A DNA stretch of 64,000 bases. It comes from Malacoraja senta. Its lineage: Eukaryota. The DNA lies in assembly GCA_038087875.1 (NCBI GenBank), contig CM075997.1, positions 8,062,001 to 8,126,000 of the forward strand, given 5' to 3'. The number at the start of each line of letters is the position of its first letter. Positions within the stretch are counted from its first letter, which is position 1. This document shows positions 47,641 to 60,559 of this stretch, in pieces. A program made the position numbers and the translations under genes. The notes beneath the pieces are model-generated. The model ran no database searches, had not been told where the DNA came from, and worked only from the letters and a program-made list of their open reading frames with translations.

Positions 47641-48095
47641 AGGTAGACACAAGATGCTGGAGTAACTCAGTGGACGAGGCACCATCTCTGGAGAGAAGGA
47701 ATGTGCGACGATGCGGGTCGAGACCGTTCTTCAGACTCCTGTCAGGGGAGGGGGCGGGATAAAAATAGAATGTAGTTGGAGATAGGAACACTAGTGGGAG
47801 AACTGGGACGGGGAAGGGGATGGAGAGAGAAGGCAAGGGCTATCTGAATTTTGAGAAGTCAATGTTCATACCGCTGGGGTGTAAACTAACCAAGCGAAAT
47901 ATGAGGTGCTGTTCCTCCAATTTGCGCTGGGCCTCACTCTGACAATGGAGGAAGCCCAGGACAGAAAGGTCAGATTAGGAATGGGAGAGGGAGTTGAAGG
48001 GCTGAGCCACCGGGAGATCAGCTAGGTTAAGGCGGACTGAGCTGAGGTGTTCAGTGAAACGATCGCCGAGGATGTGCAAGTGAACCTCTGCCTCA
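47641..48095 (-). mobile_element. Penelope 3' fragment (end of GIY-YIG ORF + pLTR)
   Basis: Reverse complement aligns to ~12140-12670 (KLEEQHLIFRL-like; CTGAAGA...GACCCG). Confidence 0.8.
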
Positions 48096-49559
48096 GGATT
48101 GCGAGCGAGATGGACAGATGGCGTGCCTGGTCGGGTCCCCTTCTCATACTACTTAGAGAGAAGAAAACTGGTAGAACATCCACCTTCCTCGCCCACCACC
48201 TTCCTTCCTATAGTCTACCAGTCTGACGAATGGATCTGGCCGAAACATCGTCTGTCATTTTCCCTCCACTGGTGCTGCCCGACACGGTGAGTTCCTCCAG
48301 CACTCTGTTGTTTGTATATGGCAGCAGGAGACAGGCGTGTGTCTATGAACGGGAGAGGTACTAGTGGACAGGTTGCGCCCCTTGATCTGAGAGCCGAAAG
48401 TAAAGGTTTACAGGGATATGGGCCCAACGCGCCCAGGAGTGACGGTCATACACAGGGCATCTTGGTCGGCATGGACAAGTTGGACCGGAGGATCTGTTTT
48501 CGTGCTCTATGTGTCTAGCACAAAGGTAACTCTCAGTTTGTCGCGGAACCCACCAGGGGCAAACGGCGGTTAATATGTTTTGCTGGCCACCACCTCCATT
48601 AATGATTTGGGATCAATTGGACAAATTCCGTGCTCAGTTTTCCTCTGTGTGCGAAGCACGTTTGACACAGATACCATAGTAGCGTTGAAGACACTTTCAG
48701 ATGGGCACATGGCTATCCAGATATGGAAGGGATATAGATCACGCGCAGGCAGTAGAGATTAGTTTAACTTGTGATCGTGTTCAGTGCAGTATTGGTGGAC
48801 CCAAAGGTCTGTTCCGATTATGTACAGTTCTGTTTCTCTGTAGGCTTTGGATTTGGCCCAGTGGTTTTGTAATTCCCCTCCATATTTACACAGTGCTCAG
48901 CAGAAACGAATTTCACGCTCAAACGACAATTAGGGGCGTTTGGTAACATTTACCACGTTTCGTGCGTTTCTTAGAAGTCTTTTGAATGCAATTATTATCC
49001 AGGTTAAGTCGAAATAATTATCTGCATAAATTGGCCATGGAGATTGAGCAGCGCAGGCAGTTGTGATGGCCTGTTCATATAACTATCTTTTTTTGCGAAG
49101 CATTTCTTTAAGATATCACAGACCGAATGCGCGTCATGAACTGTTAAACATCCACGAATTTTTATCGTTTTCAGGAACGCTAGAAATGACAGTCTCCCAA
49201 GGTCAGTGTCAACCTTCGCTCACCGAACGCTAAAATTAAAAGGCAATGCTAAAACGTTAATGCTTATTGTTTCGTTATCCTTGTAAACATTCTGTGCTAA
49301 TAGTGTTGTTTGTTGTAACCACATGCACTGTAAAGACTTACAGCACAATAACAGGACTTCAATCCACAATGACCATGTTGACCATCTGCAGGTAAGTGCT
49401 CTACAAACACTTGTGCGCAGCGTTCCAAGCCTTTGCCATCTTTGTGCTCACCTGGATCAACCTTCACTGTCGTGAAATCCTGTCCCCACCACTCATTCCG
49501 TCAGGCCCTTTGAACCATGCACGGTTGCTGTAGTAATGGTGCAAAACAGAATCAAATGT

Positions 49560-49990
49560 GCAAGACAATGGGCATCACTTCGAAAGAAGGAGAGGTTGAT
49601 GACACATGTTCAACGGTCAAACCTACCCGATTTCGCGGTTGCTAAACACTTAATTACCTTCCCATTCCCACACATACCTTTTTGTCCTCGTTATCCTACA
49701 TTGTCAGAGTGAGGAAAAACGAAAATTGGAGGAAACGCATCTCATATTTCACTTCGGCAGGTTACAGCCGAGTGGTATGGATATTGATTTCTCCCACTTC
49801 AGGTAGCCCGGGCATTCCCTCTCTCTCTAACCCCCCTCCCCCACACACACACACCCAAGTCGCACTAGCTTCTCGTTTTCATCAAAGAAACAGCTTTGCC
49901 ATTCTTTATCATCGTAACGTTTTTGCATATCTTTTATTCATTGTTCTTGATTTGATCTCTCCTCATCATTGTCTATACCTCTCGTTTCAG
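49560..49990 (+). mobile_element. Degenerate Penelope GIY-YIG 3' fragment
   Basis: GTTGCTAAACACTTTAAT and AAATTGGAGGAAACGCATCTCATATTTC align to ~12295-12410. Confidence 0.6.
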
Positions 49991-50009
49991 TCACAATCAA
50001 TCAATCATA

Positions 50010-50730
50010 ATCACAATAATACATTATTAGCCAAGTATGTTTTGCAACATATGAGGAATTTCATTTGCGAAGTCAGTCATACAAATAAATAACAACGGAA
50101 CACACGAAATATATTTTAACATAAACATGCAACACAGTGACTCCTCCACATTCCTTACTGTGATGGAAGACGAAAAAAAGTTCAAATATCTTTCCTTCTT
50201 TGCTCTCCCGCGGTCGGGGGCCTCGAGCCCTCCGTTGACGGGACGATCGTGACTCCCGTGGCCGGCGAAGTTTGGGCCCTCCGCATCGGGATGATCAGCT
50301 CCAGCATCGGGGGGATGTCAGCTCCCCCGCGCTAGCGATCGGACCCAGCGTCGGGGCTGGTCGAACCTCTCGTTGGAGCTACCGACTCCAGAGACTGCGA
50401 GCTCACGATGGTGAAGTCCACAGGCCGCGATAGGAGTGATCCCAGGTAAGGGATCGGCTCCGATTTAATGTCCACGTCCCGGTGTAGGGCTTAAAGTCAA
50501 TCCGAGGAGGCTTCCAGCTCCATCGATGTCAGGCCGCAGAGCGACCGGAGATACGATCAGGAAAACAATCGCATCTCCGGTAAAGTAAGAAACTGGGGGA
50601 AAAAAATCCGCGAACCCTCCCTCTCCCCCATATAAAACAAACCGGAGAACATTTCCACAAACTTTTAACACACACTAATGTTTTGCTTATGAAGTCAAAA
50701 AAACAGACAGACATAGCGGGGCTGCCAATC
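50010..50730 (-). mobile_element. Second member of the 45421-46420 GC-rich repeat family
   Basis: Shared blocks TTAACATAAACAT, CTCCCGCGGTCGGGG and AATCGCATCTCCG. Confidence 0.55.
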
Positions 50731-51289
50731 GTTTTTTTGTTTTTTTTGTTTTTTTTGTTATTGGCATTGGCACCGAGCTGCAGCGGGAAACGTGCTATCC
50801 AGGCAAATCATCCCATGTGCGAGTACACCAAAATCTTACAAAAGAGCAAGAAGCTGAACTCAGATATAATGTTTCAGCTTCACAAAACATGCTGACCTGG
50901 CGCCCAGGTAGATTGAGAAATCGGAATTCACTTTAGCTTAGGAAAGTTCGGATCGAGAGTTAACAGCGGACGAGGGACTTATTGAAATTAGTGGTATGCG
51001 TTTCAACCTTTTATATTTTCAGCCCAACGACATGGGCAAAAACGTTCCTTGATGATGCCGGATGCTGTCTAGAGGTAGCCCGAAGTATCGAGTTGATGGG
51101 ACGAGTCAAGGCTGGCTTTCTTGATGGAATAGATTCCTTGCGGCCTTGGGCAAAGCATTTGCCAAACAAGCTATGATGCACCCCGATAGGATGCCTAAAA
51201 CGACGTATTTGCAGGAATTTTGTTTAGTTTACCTTAATTTAGTTTAGAGACGCAGTGTGGAAACAGGCTCTTCGGCCCATCAAGTCAAT

Positions 51290-52480
51290 ACAGTTAGACC
51301 TGGTCAAATTGTTGGTGATATTCACCCTGAGAGACTTGAAGTGCTCGACCATCTTCACTCCAGCACCATTGATAAAACATATCCTGCTTCTTGAAGTTGA
51401 CGCCCAGCTCTTCCGTATTGCTGGTAGTGCGGGAAAGGTTGTTATCTTGACACCAGTTACTTTTCACTCTGTCTCCTTCCTGTAGCCCATCTCGCCATTG
51501 TTCCAGATTCAGCTCAAACCTATCAGGGGCGTATGCGCAGAATTTGGCTACTCATTCAAGAGCTTCGGATGGAAAGGAGATACCATACCCCTTACCCCAA
51601 CACCCCTCAGGGCACCGGTGTTGTGAATTATCATGAGGGAGATGTTACCGATTATCCGTACTAATTGTGAGACAGGAAGTCGCAGATCCAGCTACAACAA
51701 AAGGTGCGGACCTGGGGTGCCGGCAAGGATTTACAAATGTTTGGTCTGAAGTACATGTTGCAGGCAGGGCTACAGGTAATAGATACGTGTCCGTGTTACA
51801 CAAATATTCCAGTGATGAGTATAGGGCCAGGGAGATGGCGTCTGCAGTGGAACTGGCCCGGCGGTAGGCGCTCTGCATTAGATTCAAGGTCACCTGCGAG
51901 GATGACGCTTCACTGCCTCATGACAATCCGCTCGATGCAGTAAATGATGGTGGACGTCAGAGCCCATTGGACGGTAGTCAATAGGCCATGCGGCGTTGCT
52001 TTTCGTTGGCACGGGTATTGTTGTTTTCGTAAACCAGGCGAGAGCCTGAGATTGTGCAGTTGGAGATCAGAGATGTATTTGAATAGTTTTACAGCTTGCA
52101 CACGGAGGCTCTGAAGACAAGGCTGTGACCCCTACCCGAGCCAGTTGCCTTCCGCCCACACAGCGTTACCAAGGATGATCTGTCGTGTGCATCAGTGACA
52201 GTGTGTACAGGTTTATCTGAGGTTATCACCACGCGTACCGCCTTTCTGTCGACCTACCACACAAAGCGAACATACACCGAAGTGAGCTCATCGGCAATGG
52301 ACGCGTTGTTGGTTGTGATTTTACCCATCATCGGTTTCTAGCCTGCTACAGCACGCCAGCCTTGCTACAATCGGTGAGCGTTCATATACATAGTGTGGGA
52401 CTTTCTCTGGGATTGTCCAGAGTTCCCCCTGGTGGCATGTCTTCGGCCATACTTCGTAATCTCCCCAACTAAGGCAAGCT
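51290..52480 (-). mobile_element. Degenerate Rex1/Babar-type LINE RT fragment
   Basis: ORF 51645..51893 QSAYRRASSTADAISLALYSSLEYL; part is the reverse-complement homolog of ~60600-60960. Confidence 0.65.
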
Positions 52481-53898
52481 TCCCAGAAGTCTTAGTCATA
52501 GTCATAAAGTATGGAAACGGGCTCATCGGCCCAAATTGCTGATGCCGCCCAAGATGCCCCATCCACATTAGCGACACTTTCCCGCCTTTGGCCGATATCC
52601 CTCTAAACCTTTTTATCCATGTAACTATGCAAATGTGTTTTAAATGTACATGGCTCAACTACCGCCTCTGGCAGCTCAGTCCACGTGGCCACCACCCTCT
52701 GAGTGAACAACTTGCTCACCAGAATCCTATTAAATCTTTCCCCTCTCACTTTCAACCAGTGCCTTCTGGTTCAAGCCTTCCTCGCCACTATTACGCCACT
52801 TTGAGTGAATCATGCATCTCCATATTATTCAACGTTCACATGAGTGTTTTATTCTACGCAGTTGTTATTGGATATGGTGTACATGGCGAGGTTTATGCAG
52901 GCGCATCCCAGCTTCAGACCCTACGCTTCATCTTGATCGGAAGTGCTGTTTTTGGACGTGGTTTTCTCCTAGCGTATCGGGCGGATGATCAGGTTTCGTC
53001 CAACGTTCTCAAAGGCGCTCTTATTAGAATCACGGAGTCACACAACACGGATACAGACTCTTTAGGCCCTATTTGTCCTCGTGCTCAAGATGCGCAATCT
53101 AAGCAGGTCCCGCTTGCCCGCTCCCATCCATGAGTTCTCCTTACCTTTCCCTCTCATACTTCTGTACAAATCTCTGTATGTGTTATAAGGATAGCCAGGA
53201 TCCCTTGTCGATCGAACACGGTCTGAAATGACAGACTGCCTTTCAGCAATTAGTACCAAGGTGTTTAAATTCAGATTCATTCAGAATACATTGTGCCTGA
53301 CACGTGTTTGCCCAGAATTGCTTTAGATCGGTGTACCGGATTAAATGTGGAAGACGAGTCAGCCTGTCCTACTCTGCCTAAGTTTCAATAAAGGCTCTGC
53401 ATGCTCTTCACAAATTACAATTCCACCAAGTTTCGTATCTCCAACAAACTTCAAAATCCGATTCAACGCTCCCTATTCCAAGCCATTGATGTATGTTATT
53501 AATTCTGCGACCCAAACCTGGAGGTCTGAATTAACCCCAATCAACGCCTTTTGCTATACAACGAAAGGAATTATTATTCTTATTGTATTCTTATTGTTTC
53601 CTCTCTGTTGATCCATTTTCAAACAATGTAAGAATCTCACCCTGATCGTTTGACAACATACTTGTGAAAATCTGAAGGCAATCATTGTTTCTCTCTTTTA
53701 TCTTTTACTATTTATTCCAGGTAGTGGCACCTTTCACGGTTTATCTTTCGTTAATAATGTATCTACGTTCTGTGTCAGGACATCTCCTATGTCATAACAT
53801 TGTAGCCTAATTAATGGTGTTGGCCCATTCAGTCGCGTAAATCAACGTAAAGTGTGATATTTAAGGTAAAAACAGTCATCCCTGCAATTTCATTACAG

Positions 53899-54192
53899 AT
53901 CCTCCAGTGATCCCCAGACTTGCTTTGGACCAGTATACCGGATTATATGTGGAAGGCGAGTCAGCTAGTCTAACGTGCATCAGTGTCAGCAGCGACAGTG
54001 GCGCCCCGTTCATGTTCTACAGACATGGAGAATCGTTGTCGGTCACTGACGGAGGGCGTCTCTGGGCAATGCTCCGCATTGATCATATCTCTAAGAGAGA
54101 CAGTGGGTCGTACACTTGCCGAGACTGGAAAATCGCCGCAGGGACGAAAGTGCAATCCGATCACAGCAAGGTCGTTGAAATCATCGTAACGG
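53899..54192 (+). CDS. Ig-domain exon 1 of an LRC-type (LILR/A1BG/IGSF1-like) protein
   Basis: cattacAG acceptor, G|GTAAAT donor, 294 bp phase 1-1, open; P-x-L...GESASLTC...FMFYRHG...DSGSYTC...SDHSKVVEIIVT. Confidence 0.88.
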
Positions 54193-54751
54193 GTAAATGT
54201 TAGGAAGTAGTTATAGATGTAGCGTTCTGTATAGGTTGCTCAAACTTCGATTGATTTCACTGAAGTGGTGGCAGATGAGTGAAACGACTGAAGTACATTA
54301 AATGATGTGAGGCATCGATATGTTAGACAAAGGGAAATTTGTTCCCAGGGATGGAAATGTTAAATAATAGAGGGCAGTTGTTGAAGGTCAGATAGGGCTA
54401 GTTTAAAGCACATGTGCGCGGTAGTTCTTGAACAGAGGGTAGTGGGTGCTTGGAACACACTGTTAGGTGGTGGTGAATGCAGATATGACATTGGCGATAA
54501 AGAGGCTTTTAGATAGGCAAACCAAGACAACATTTTGTAGTAACTCTGATTCTGGATGATCAGTCATGATCATATTGACTGACGGTGCTGGACCGAAGGG
54601 CTGCATGGCCTTCTGATGCAAGTATTTTTTTTATGTTTCTAGCTCAGCGGGTCAGTCGGCAACTATGGAGAACGTGGATAAGTGAAGTTTATATAGATAA
54701 GCATATATTTAAATTCTTAAACCCATTGTTTTTGCACGTTTGCCTTCGCAG

Positions 54752-55051
54752 ATCCTTTGACCATTCCGGTTATATCCCTCGACCAAACCACTGCCGTTTA
54801 CTTAGAAGGGGAGACGGCCATCTTTACCTGCATTGTCACTGAAGAATTTTCCGGCGAACCCCTCTATGTCTATTTCTACAGAGATGGTCGGATGCTTTCC
54901 TCCAGTGAGATAAATCGCAAGCAAAATATTGTAGCGTTCAAGGTTATCGATAAAAGCCAAGGGGGGCAGCACCAATGCCGCTACGGAATCTCTGTCAGTG
55001 GTCGCTGGTTGTGGTCGCAGCTGAGCGAGGCGCTGTTGGTAACTGTAGCAG
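54752..55051 (+). CDS. Ig-domain exon 2 of the same gene
   Basis: ttcgcAG acceptor, G|GTAAAG donor, 300 bp phase 1-1; GETAIFTC...YFYRDG...GGQHQCRY...WSQLSEALLVTV. Confidence 0.88.
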
Positions 55052-55139
55052 GTAAAGAAGTGAGAGAATTGTCTCATCCAAATGTTGTCCAATAATTTGA
55101 TGCATTTTTTTTCTCGCCCTGTAACAAATGAATTTGTGG

Positions 55140-58100
55140 CTGAGGAGTTAGTGCAGGGGGCAGGGATTTAGATATTTGGATCATTGGGATCTCTTCGAGG
55201 GCAGGGGTGACCAGTACACATGTGACGGATTGCACCTTAATTGGAGGGGGACCAACATCCTGTCGGGCAGGTTTGTTAATGCTACACAGGAGGGGTTAAA
55301 CTAGATTGGCAGGTGGTGGGATGTCATACAGGACAGACGCAGATGAGAGGTTAGATGTTGGTATAATAATAATAATAATTCATTTTATTTACTGGCGCCT
55401 TTCTAAAACCCAAGGACACCTTACAAGGCATAGAATCACAAAAATAAAAAACACATAATCGGAAAAAATTAAATATAAAAACACCACAGTACACAAATCA
55501 AGGACAGAATTCAATTTCAAAAGCACAAAAAGAAAATAAGAAACACAATTTGAGGAGAGAGCAGCGGCGACCAATTCGCGCCAGCTTCCACTCTCCCCTC
55601 CGACCGCCATCTTGCACACAGACTAACAGGCACAGCACACAAAATCATCCCCCCACAATGGTTACCACTGTGGGGGAAGACACAATGTCCAGTGCCCAAC
55701 CCAGTTCTCCCCAGAGTCAGGCCCAATGAGGCCTCCACAGTTGCCTCTACGGAGTCCCGATGTTCCTGGCCGTCGGGAGAGTCCTCGCAGCGGCTGGAAC
55801 GGCCGGTTTCCCAGCGGAGTCCATGGCACCTGAAGCCGACAGGGCCGCGCCGAGTTGGAGCCACGAGGCTCCCGATGTTGGAGTCGGCGCCGCCGCCCGC
55901 GGCTGGTCGCTCCGCAGTCCCGCAGCCCGGAGGTGTTGAGCTCGGCGGTCACCGCTCACCGGAGCTCCAGCGCGTCGATCCAGCGCGGCGACCCAGGCAA
56001 GGCATCGCCCGCTACGCTCCCCGATAGCGCTCCAGCGCTGTGCCGCCACCGAAGCTGAAGGTGCTGGGCGGCCCCCGTCAGGAAACGGCGCTCTATGCCC
56101 GCTGGTAGGCTACGAGGACGGGTCGACGAGGCAGCCTGGAGAAAAAGCTGCCTCACCGACCAGGTAGGGACCCAGAAATAGATTCCCCTTACCCCCCCAC
56201 ATTAAAAGTCAAAATGCCCCAAACAAACAAAGAAATAAAAAAAGCTAAAACTAAACAAAAAGTGAATTTGACGGACGGCTGCTGTTTAGCAGCCGTTCCT
56301 CCAAGATGGCGGCTCCTCCACTGGTATGGAGGGTGGTGAGGGAAAAGTTAGTGAACAGAATAGACAGGTGAATGGCGGAGAGCGAGGAAGGATTGTTGGT
56401 TTATGCTCCACGTATTTTAATACAAGGGGACTGACGGGTAAGCCAGATGAGCTTAGGGCATGGATAGATACGAGTGACTGGGACGTTGTAGCCATTACCG
56501 AAACCTGGTTAAGAGAGGGCAGGATTGGCAACTGAATGTTACGGGTAAAAGAGCTTCAGGAGAGACAGGGGTGATGGACAGAAAGGAGGAGGAGGTTGCA
56601 TTATTGGTGAATGAGGATGTCACGGCAGTGGTCAGAGACATTACCGTCGGGCCGTCTAGTGAGCCTATATGAGTGGAGCTTCGGAAGAAGAAAGGGACGA
56701 CAACTTGGAGGGTATGAGAGAAGGTCACGCTCATGTTGACTGGAGCAGATTATTTGAGGGGAGAGGAACATCGGCCAAGTGGGATGTTTTAAAGTGTGCT
56801 GGCAAAAGCTCAGGGTACGTACAGTACGTCCCCGTTGGAATGAATGGCAAAGCGGGCAAACTTTAAGAAGCTTGGCTGACGAGGGAAATTGAGGCATTGA
56901 TCAAAAACAAGAATGATGTGTGTGACAGGTATAGACAGCTGGGATCAAGTGCATCCCTGGAGGAGTTTCGACAAATATGAAGTAAACTAAAAAAAGGGGA
57001 ACTGATGGGCAAAAAGACGCCAGTTGGTAGCTCTGGCGTGTCGCATTAAGGACAATCCCAAATATTGTATACATACATAAGGTGGAAAACGGTAACTAGA
57101 AAGAGAGAGAGTGGGGCCTCTCAGTAATCAAAACGGTCATCTCTGTGTGGAGCCACAGGAGATGGGCAAAGTCCTCAATGAGTATTTCGCCTCTGTATTT
57201 ATCGAGGAGAAAAACAGTAGGAAGAAGGAACTTGGGGCTGTCAATGGAATTGTTTTGAGAGCAGTCAGAGTTACCGTCGAAAATATACAGAAGGTAGCCT
57301 CGTGAATGAAGATAGTCAAATCTCCAGGGCCTGATCAGATATATACGAGGACATTGTGGGAAACCAGAGAGGAAATTGCTGGAGCCCTAGTTTAAATATA
57401 CGAGTCGTCCTTAAATACAGGAGAGGTGACAGAAGACTGGAAGGTGGCAAATGTTGTCCCTCTTTTCAAGATTGCAGGGTAAATGCTGGGAACTTTATGC
57501 CGGTGTGCGTAACATCTGTAGTTGGTAAATTGCTAGAGAATCTTCTGAGTGATAGGTTATACAGGCATTTGGATGGGCAAGGGGTGATTAGGGACTGTCA
57601 GCATGGATTTGAATGTGGGAGATCGTGTCTCACAAATCTGATTGAGTTTTTAAAGTCGTGAACATAAAGGTCGATGAGGGCAGAGCTGTAAGTGTTGTAA
57701 ACAGGGATTTCAGTGATGCATTTGTCAAGGTTCCGCATGGTAGGCTGCTCTGGAAGGTTACATCGCATGGAATTCAAGGAGAGATAGCAGAATGGATAGC
57801 AAATTGGCTCCACAGATGGAAGCAGGGGGTGATGGTGGAAAGTTGCTTCTCGGACTGAAGGCCTGCGACTGGTGTTGTCCGTCAGGGTTCGGTGCTGGGC
57901 CCGTTACTCTTTGTCATCTACATCAATGATTTGGATGAGAACATATAGTGCAAGATTAGCAAATTTGCTGATGAAACAAAAGTGGGTGGATTTCAGATGG
58001 TGAAGATAGGTGAAAGTTTGCCGCAGGATCTGGATTGATTGGCCTGGTCGGCTGAAGAATGGTTGATGGAATATAATTCAGAGAAGTGTGAGGTGTTGCA

Positions 58101-58370
58101 CTTGGGAAGTCTAACAAGGGCAGGATCTTCACAGTGAATGGTAGGCCTCTGGGGAGCGTTGTAGAGCAGAGGGATCTAGGAGTGCAGGTGCATGGTTCCT
58201 TTAAGGTCGAGTTATTTAAGAAGCAGTTAGACAGGTACATGGATATGGCATGTTTGGAGGGATATGGACCAAATGCGGTTAGGTGGGACGAATGTAGCTA
58301 GGACATGTTGGCCGGTGTGGGCAAGATGGGCCGAAGGGCCTATTTCCACACTGTATCACTCTATGACTAT
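55140..58370 (+). mobile_element. Intronic degenerate CR1 (ORF1 end + ORF2 with internal deletions), split by an insertion at 55365-56321
   Basis: DGLHL at ~55224, DELRAWID at ~56447, RT motifs 57400-58200, 3'UTR to ~58370. Confidence 0.8.
55365..56321 (-). mobile_element. Non-coding GC-rich retroposon with L2-like 3' tail
   Basis: Minus end CCTTGGGTTTTAGAAAGGCGCC...(ATT)n resembles the L2 tail at 62595-62655; candidate TSD TGGTAT (55359-55364, 56322-56327). Confidence 0.6.
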
Positions 58371-58831
58371 TCTCCCACCTGCAATTTCCCCTGTCTATAG
58401 TATGTACCCGGTTGGGCACTTCAGGAAATGAGGTCTGATTATGGTCGTGTCAAATTCATAGAAACTCTGTGGGCCATGAAGCAGTTGGTGAGCGAGGTAC
58501 CATACAATGCCGCCTGCAATCGAACCCTCGTAAGACTTGATTGACGTATTAATTCGTCCTGATACTGAAAGACATTTTCTGAAACCAATCGATTTTTACT
58601 CTCTCTAAACAATCCCACAGAAGATGGGGAAAGGGCCTTAGAAAATCACCCCATCCGGTCGAAAAAAGGATCCCGACCCGAAACGACAACTTTCCATGTT
58701 CTATGGTGATGCTGCCTGACACGCGGTGTTACTCCAGCTTTTAGCCTATTTCCTTGAATGGGTTCTAAGATGGGATTATGTTAGCTCGGCTTGTGTCCCA
58801 ATATTAACGTACCACCTTTGGATATTTTCAG

Positions 58832-59137
58832 CCTACCCTTATCGACCGTCACTCACACTGAATCGTCCGGATCAAGTCTTTGTGGCAGGAGAGTCGATTA
58901 AGATAACATGCGAATCATCTTCACCGTATTTCAACATCCATTTCTACTTGTACAGAGGAGGCCAACTGTCGCATGTCCAAACGGCCACAGCCAACGCAAC
59001 CCAATGCTGGGTCACCTTCGATATGACAGATCAACAGGAGATTGGGACTGAAGATTTCTGGTGCATTTTTAAAGTCACAATTTCAGGGCGAGAGATAATC
59101 TCAGAGCCAAGTGATTACATAAAATTAACGGTAGTAG
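58832..59137 (+). CDS. Ig-domain exon 3 of the same gene
   Basis: ttttcAG acceptor, G|GTACGT donor, 306 bp phase 1-1; RPSLTL...GESIKITC...FYLYRGG...EDFWC...SEPSDYIKLTVV. Confidence 0.88.
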
Positions 59138-60559
59138 GTACGTTTCCATTTGCATCAATCTTTGAAGAATAGGTTGTTGATTGATTGAGGGAGGAGGGCG
59201 GGGGGGGGGGGGTGATGGGTGGGGACACGCAACGCTTTTCACGTTGGATTGACGGTAAAGGCTATGGTAGCGCTATATAAATAAAATCTATTATTATTAT
59301 TATTATTTTCAGAACTGAGTTATGGTCAATAGTGCGTCCGCCAGATTCCAGTTTTCTAGTCGTCACCAAATAGCATGAAAAACTACAAACACTCAAATTG
59401 CGATATAAAGGAAGGAAAGCGTGGACATACGGAAATGGTTAAACAGCATCCGTAGGGAACAGAGCAGCGAAAACGTTGCAAGTCGAAGATGTTAGTCAGA
59501 TGTTGGAAATGGGGAAAGCTGCCGAAATGGTGGAGGAAAGGCAGCAAGGCAGATGGAGCCCCTGTGATGGGAGAAGGCGCATGCGATGCGCCAGTATTTG
59601 TGTCGAGCAGTATAAGTTTCAGTTCTTGGTCCTATTAGGGTTTTTCCAGCAACTGATTCCTCGCTGTACAATCAAGTCGAAATGAAAATAACATTCATCT
59701 GACCGACAATTTCTATCCTGTTCTCATTCTTCCACTTTCTGACTTCAACGTTTGCTTATTTTTTTTACACCTCCCCTCTCAGCGGTTAGACTAACCTCGA
59801 ACATGTACCAGACATTCACAGACTATATTGGAGTGACGTAGTTATAGAGGATTACAGCACTGAAAAATGTAATTTGCCCTAACACCACCGTGCTAACCAT
59901 GCTATCCTCTTTACTTTGCTCAATTTGCATGCGGTTGCCCATAAACGGTTCCTATCCATGCATATAAATTTATATCAGTCCGATGTCAACGATTATTTGG
60001 TCTTATACTCGGATAGAGAGCACTAGGATTCAGGTAATTTTAGTTTAGATTGGACATACAACAAGAATCTATACCTACGGGCCACCGAAGCCTTACCATT
60101 TCTCAAATGATTGACGAGGGTAGAACCTTCGAAGTTGTCTACATGCATTTCAGCAGGACAGTCGGCTTGGTAGACTGCTCTGGAACGTTAGAGCTCATGG
60201 GACGATGAGAAATTTGATTTCATGGAAGGAAGTAGAGTGTGATGCTGGAAGGCTGTTGTTCCCTGGTGGTCTGTGACAAGTGGTGTGCCTCGGGGATACA
60301 TGTCGGGCTGGTTGCTGTTTCTGGTTGATATGAACGATTTCAATGAGAATGTTTAAGGCTAATATCCATAGAGACATCTGGTCATAGAGCATGGAAACAA
60401 ACCCTTCGGCCCAACTTGCCCATGCCCACCGAGATGCACCATTAGCCCTACCTACCGGCGTTTCCCCACATCCCGCTAAACCTTTCCCTATCAATGTACC
60501 TGTCCAAATGGTTTTAACATGTTGTTATAGTACCAGCCTCATCTCCCACAATCAGTGAT

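Noticed and set aside
52840..52890. MSVLFYAVVIGYGVHGE as signal-peptide exon of the Ig gene
   Set aside because: Only weak donor sites follow and the hydrophobic core is short; cannot be supported without cDNA.
55517..56156. Overlapping GC-rich ORFs on both strands
   Set aside because: They lie within a repeat with a LINE-like tail; no recognisable domain.
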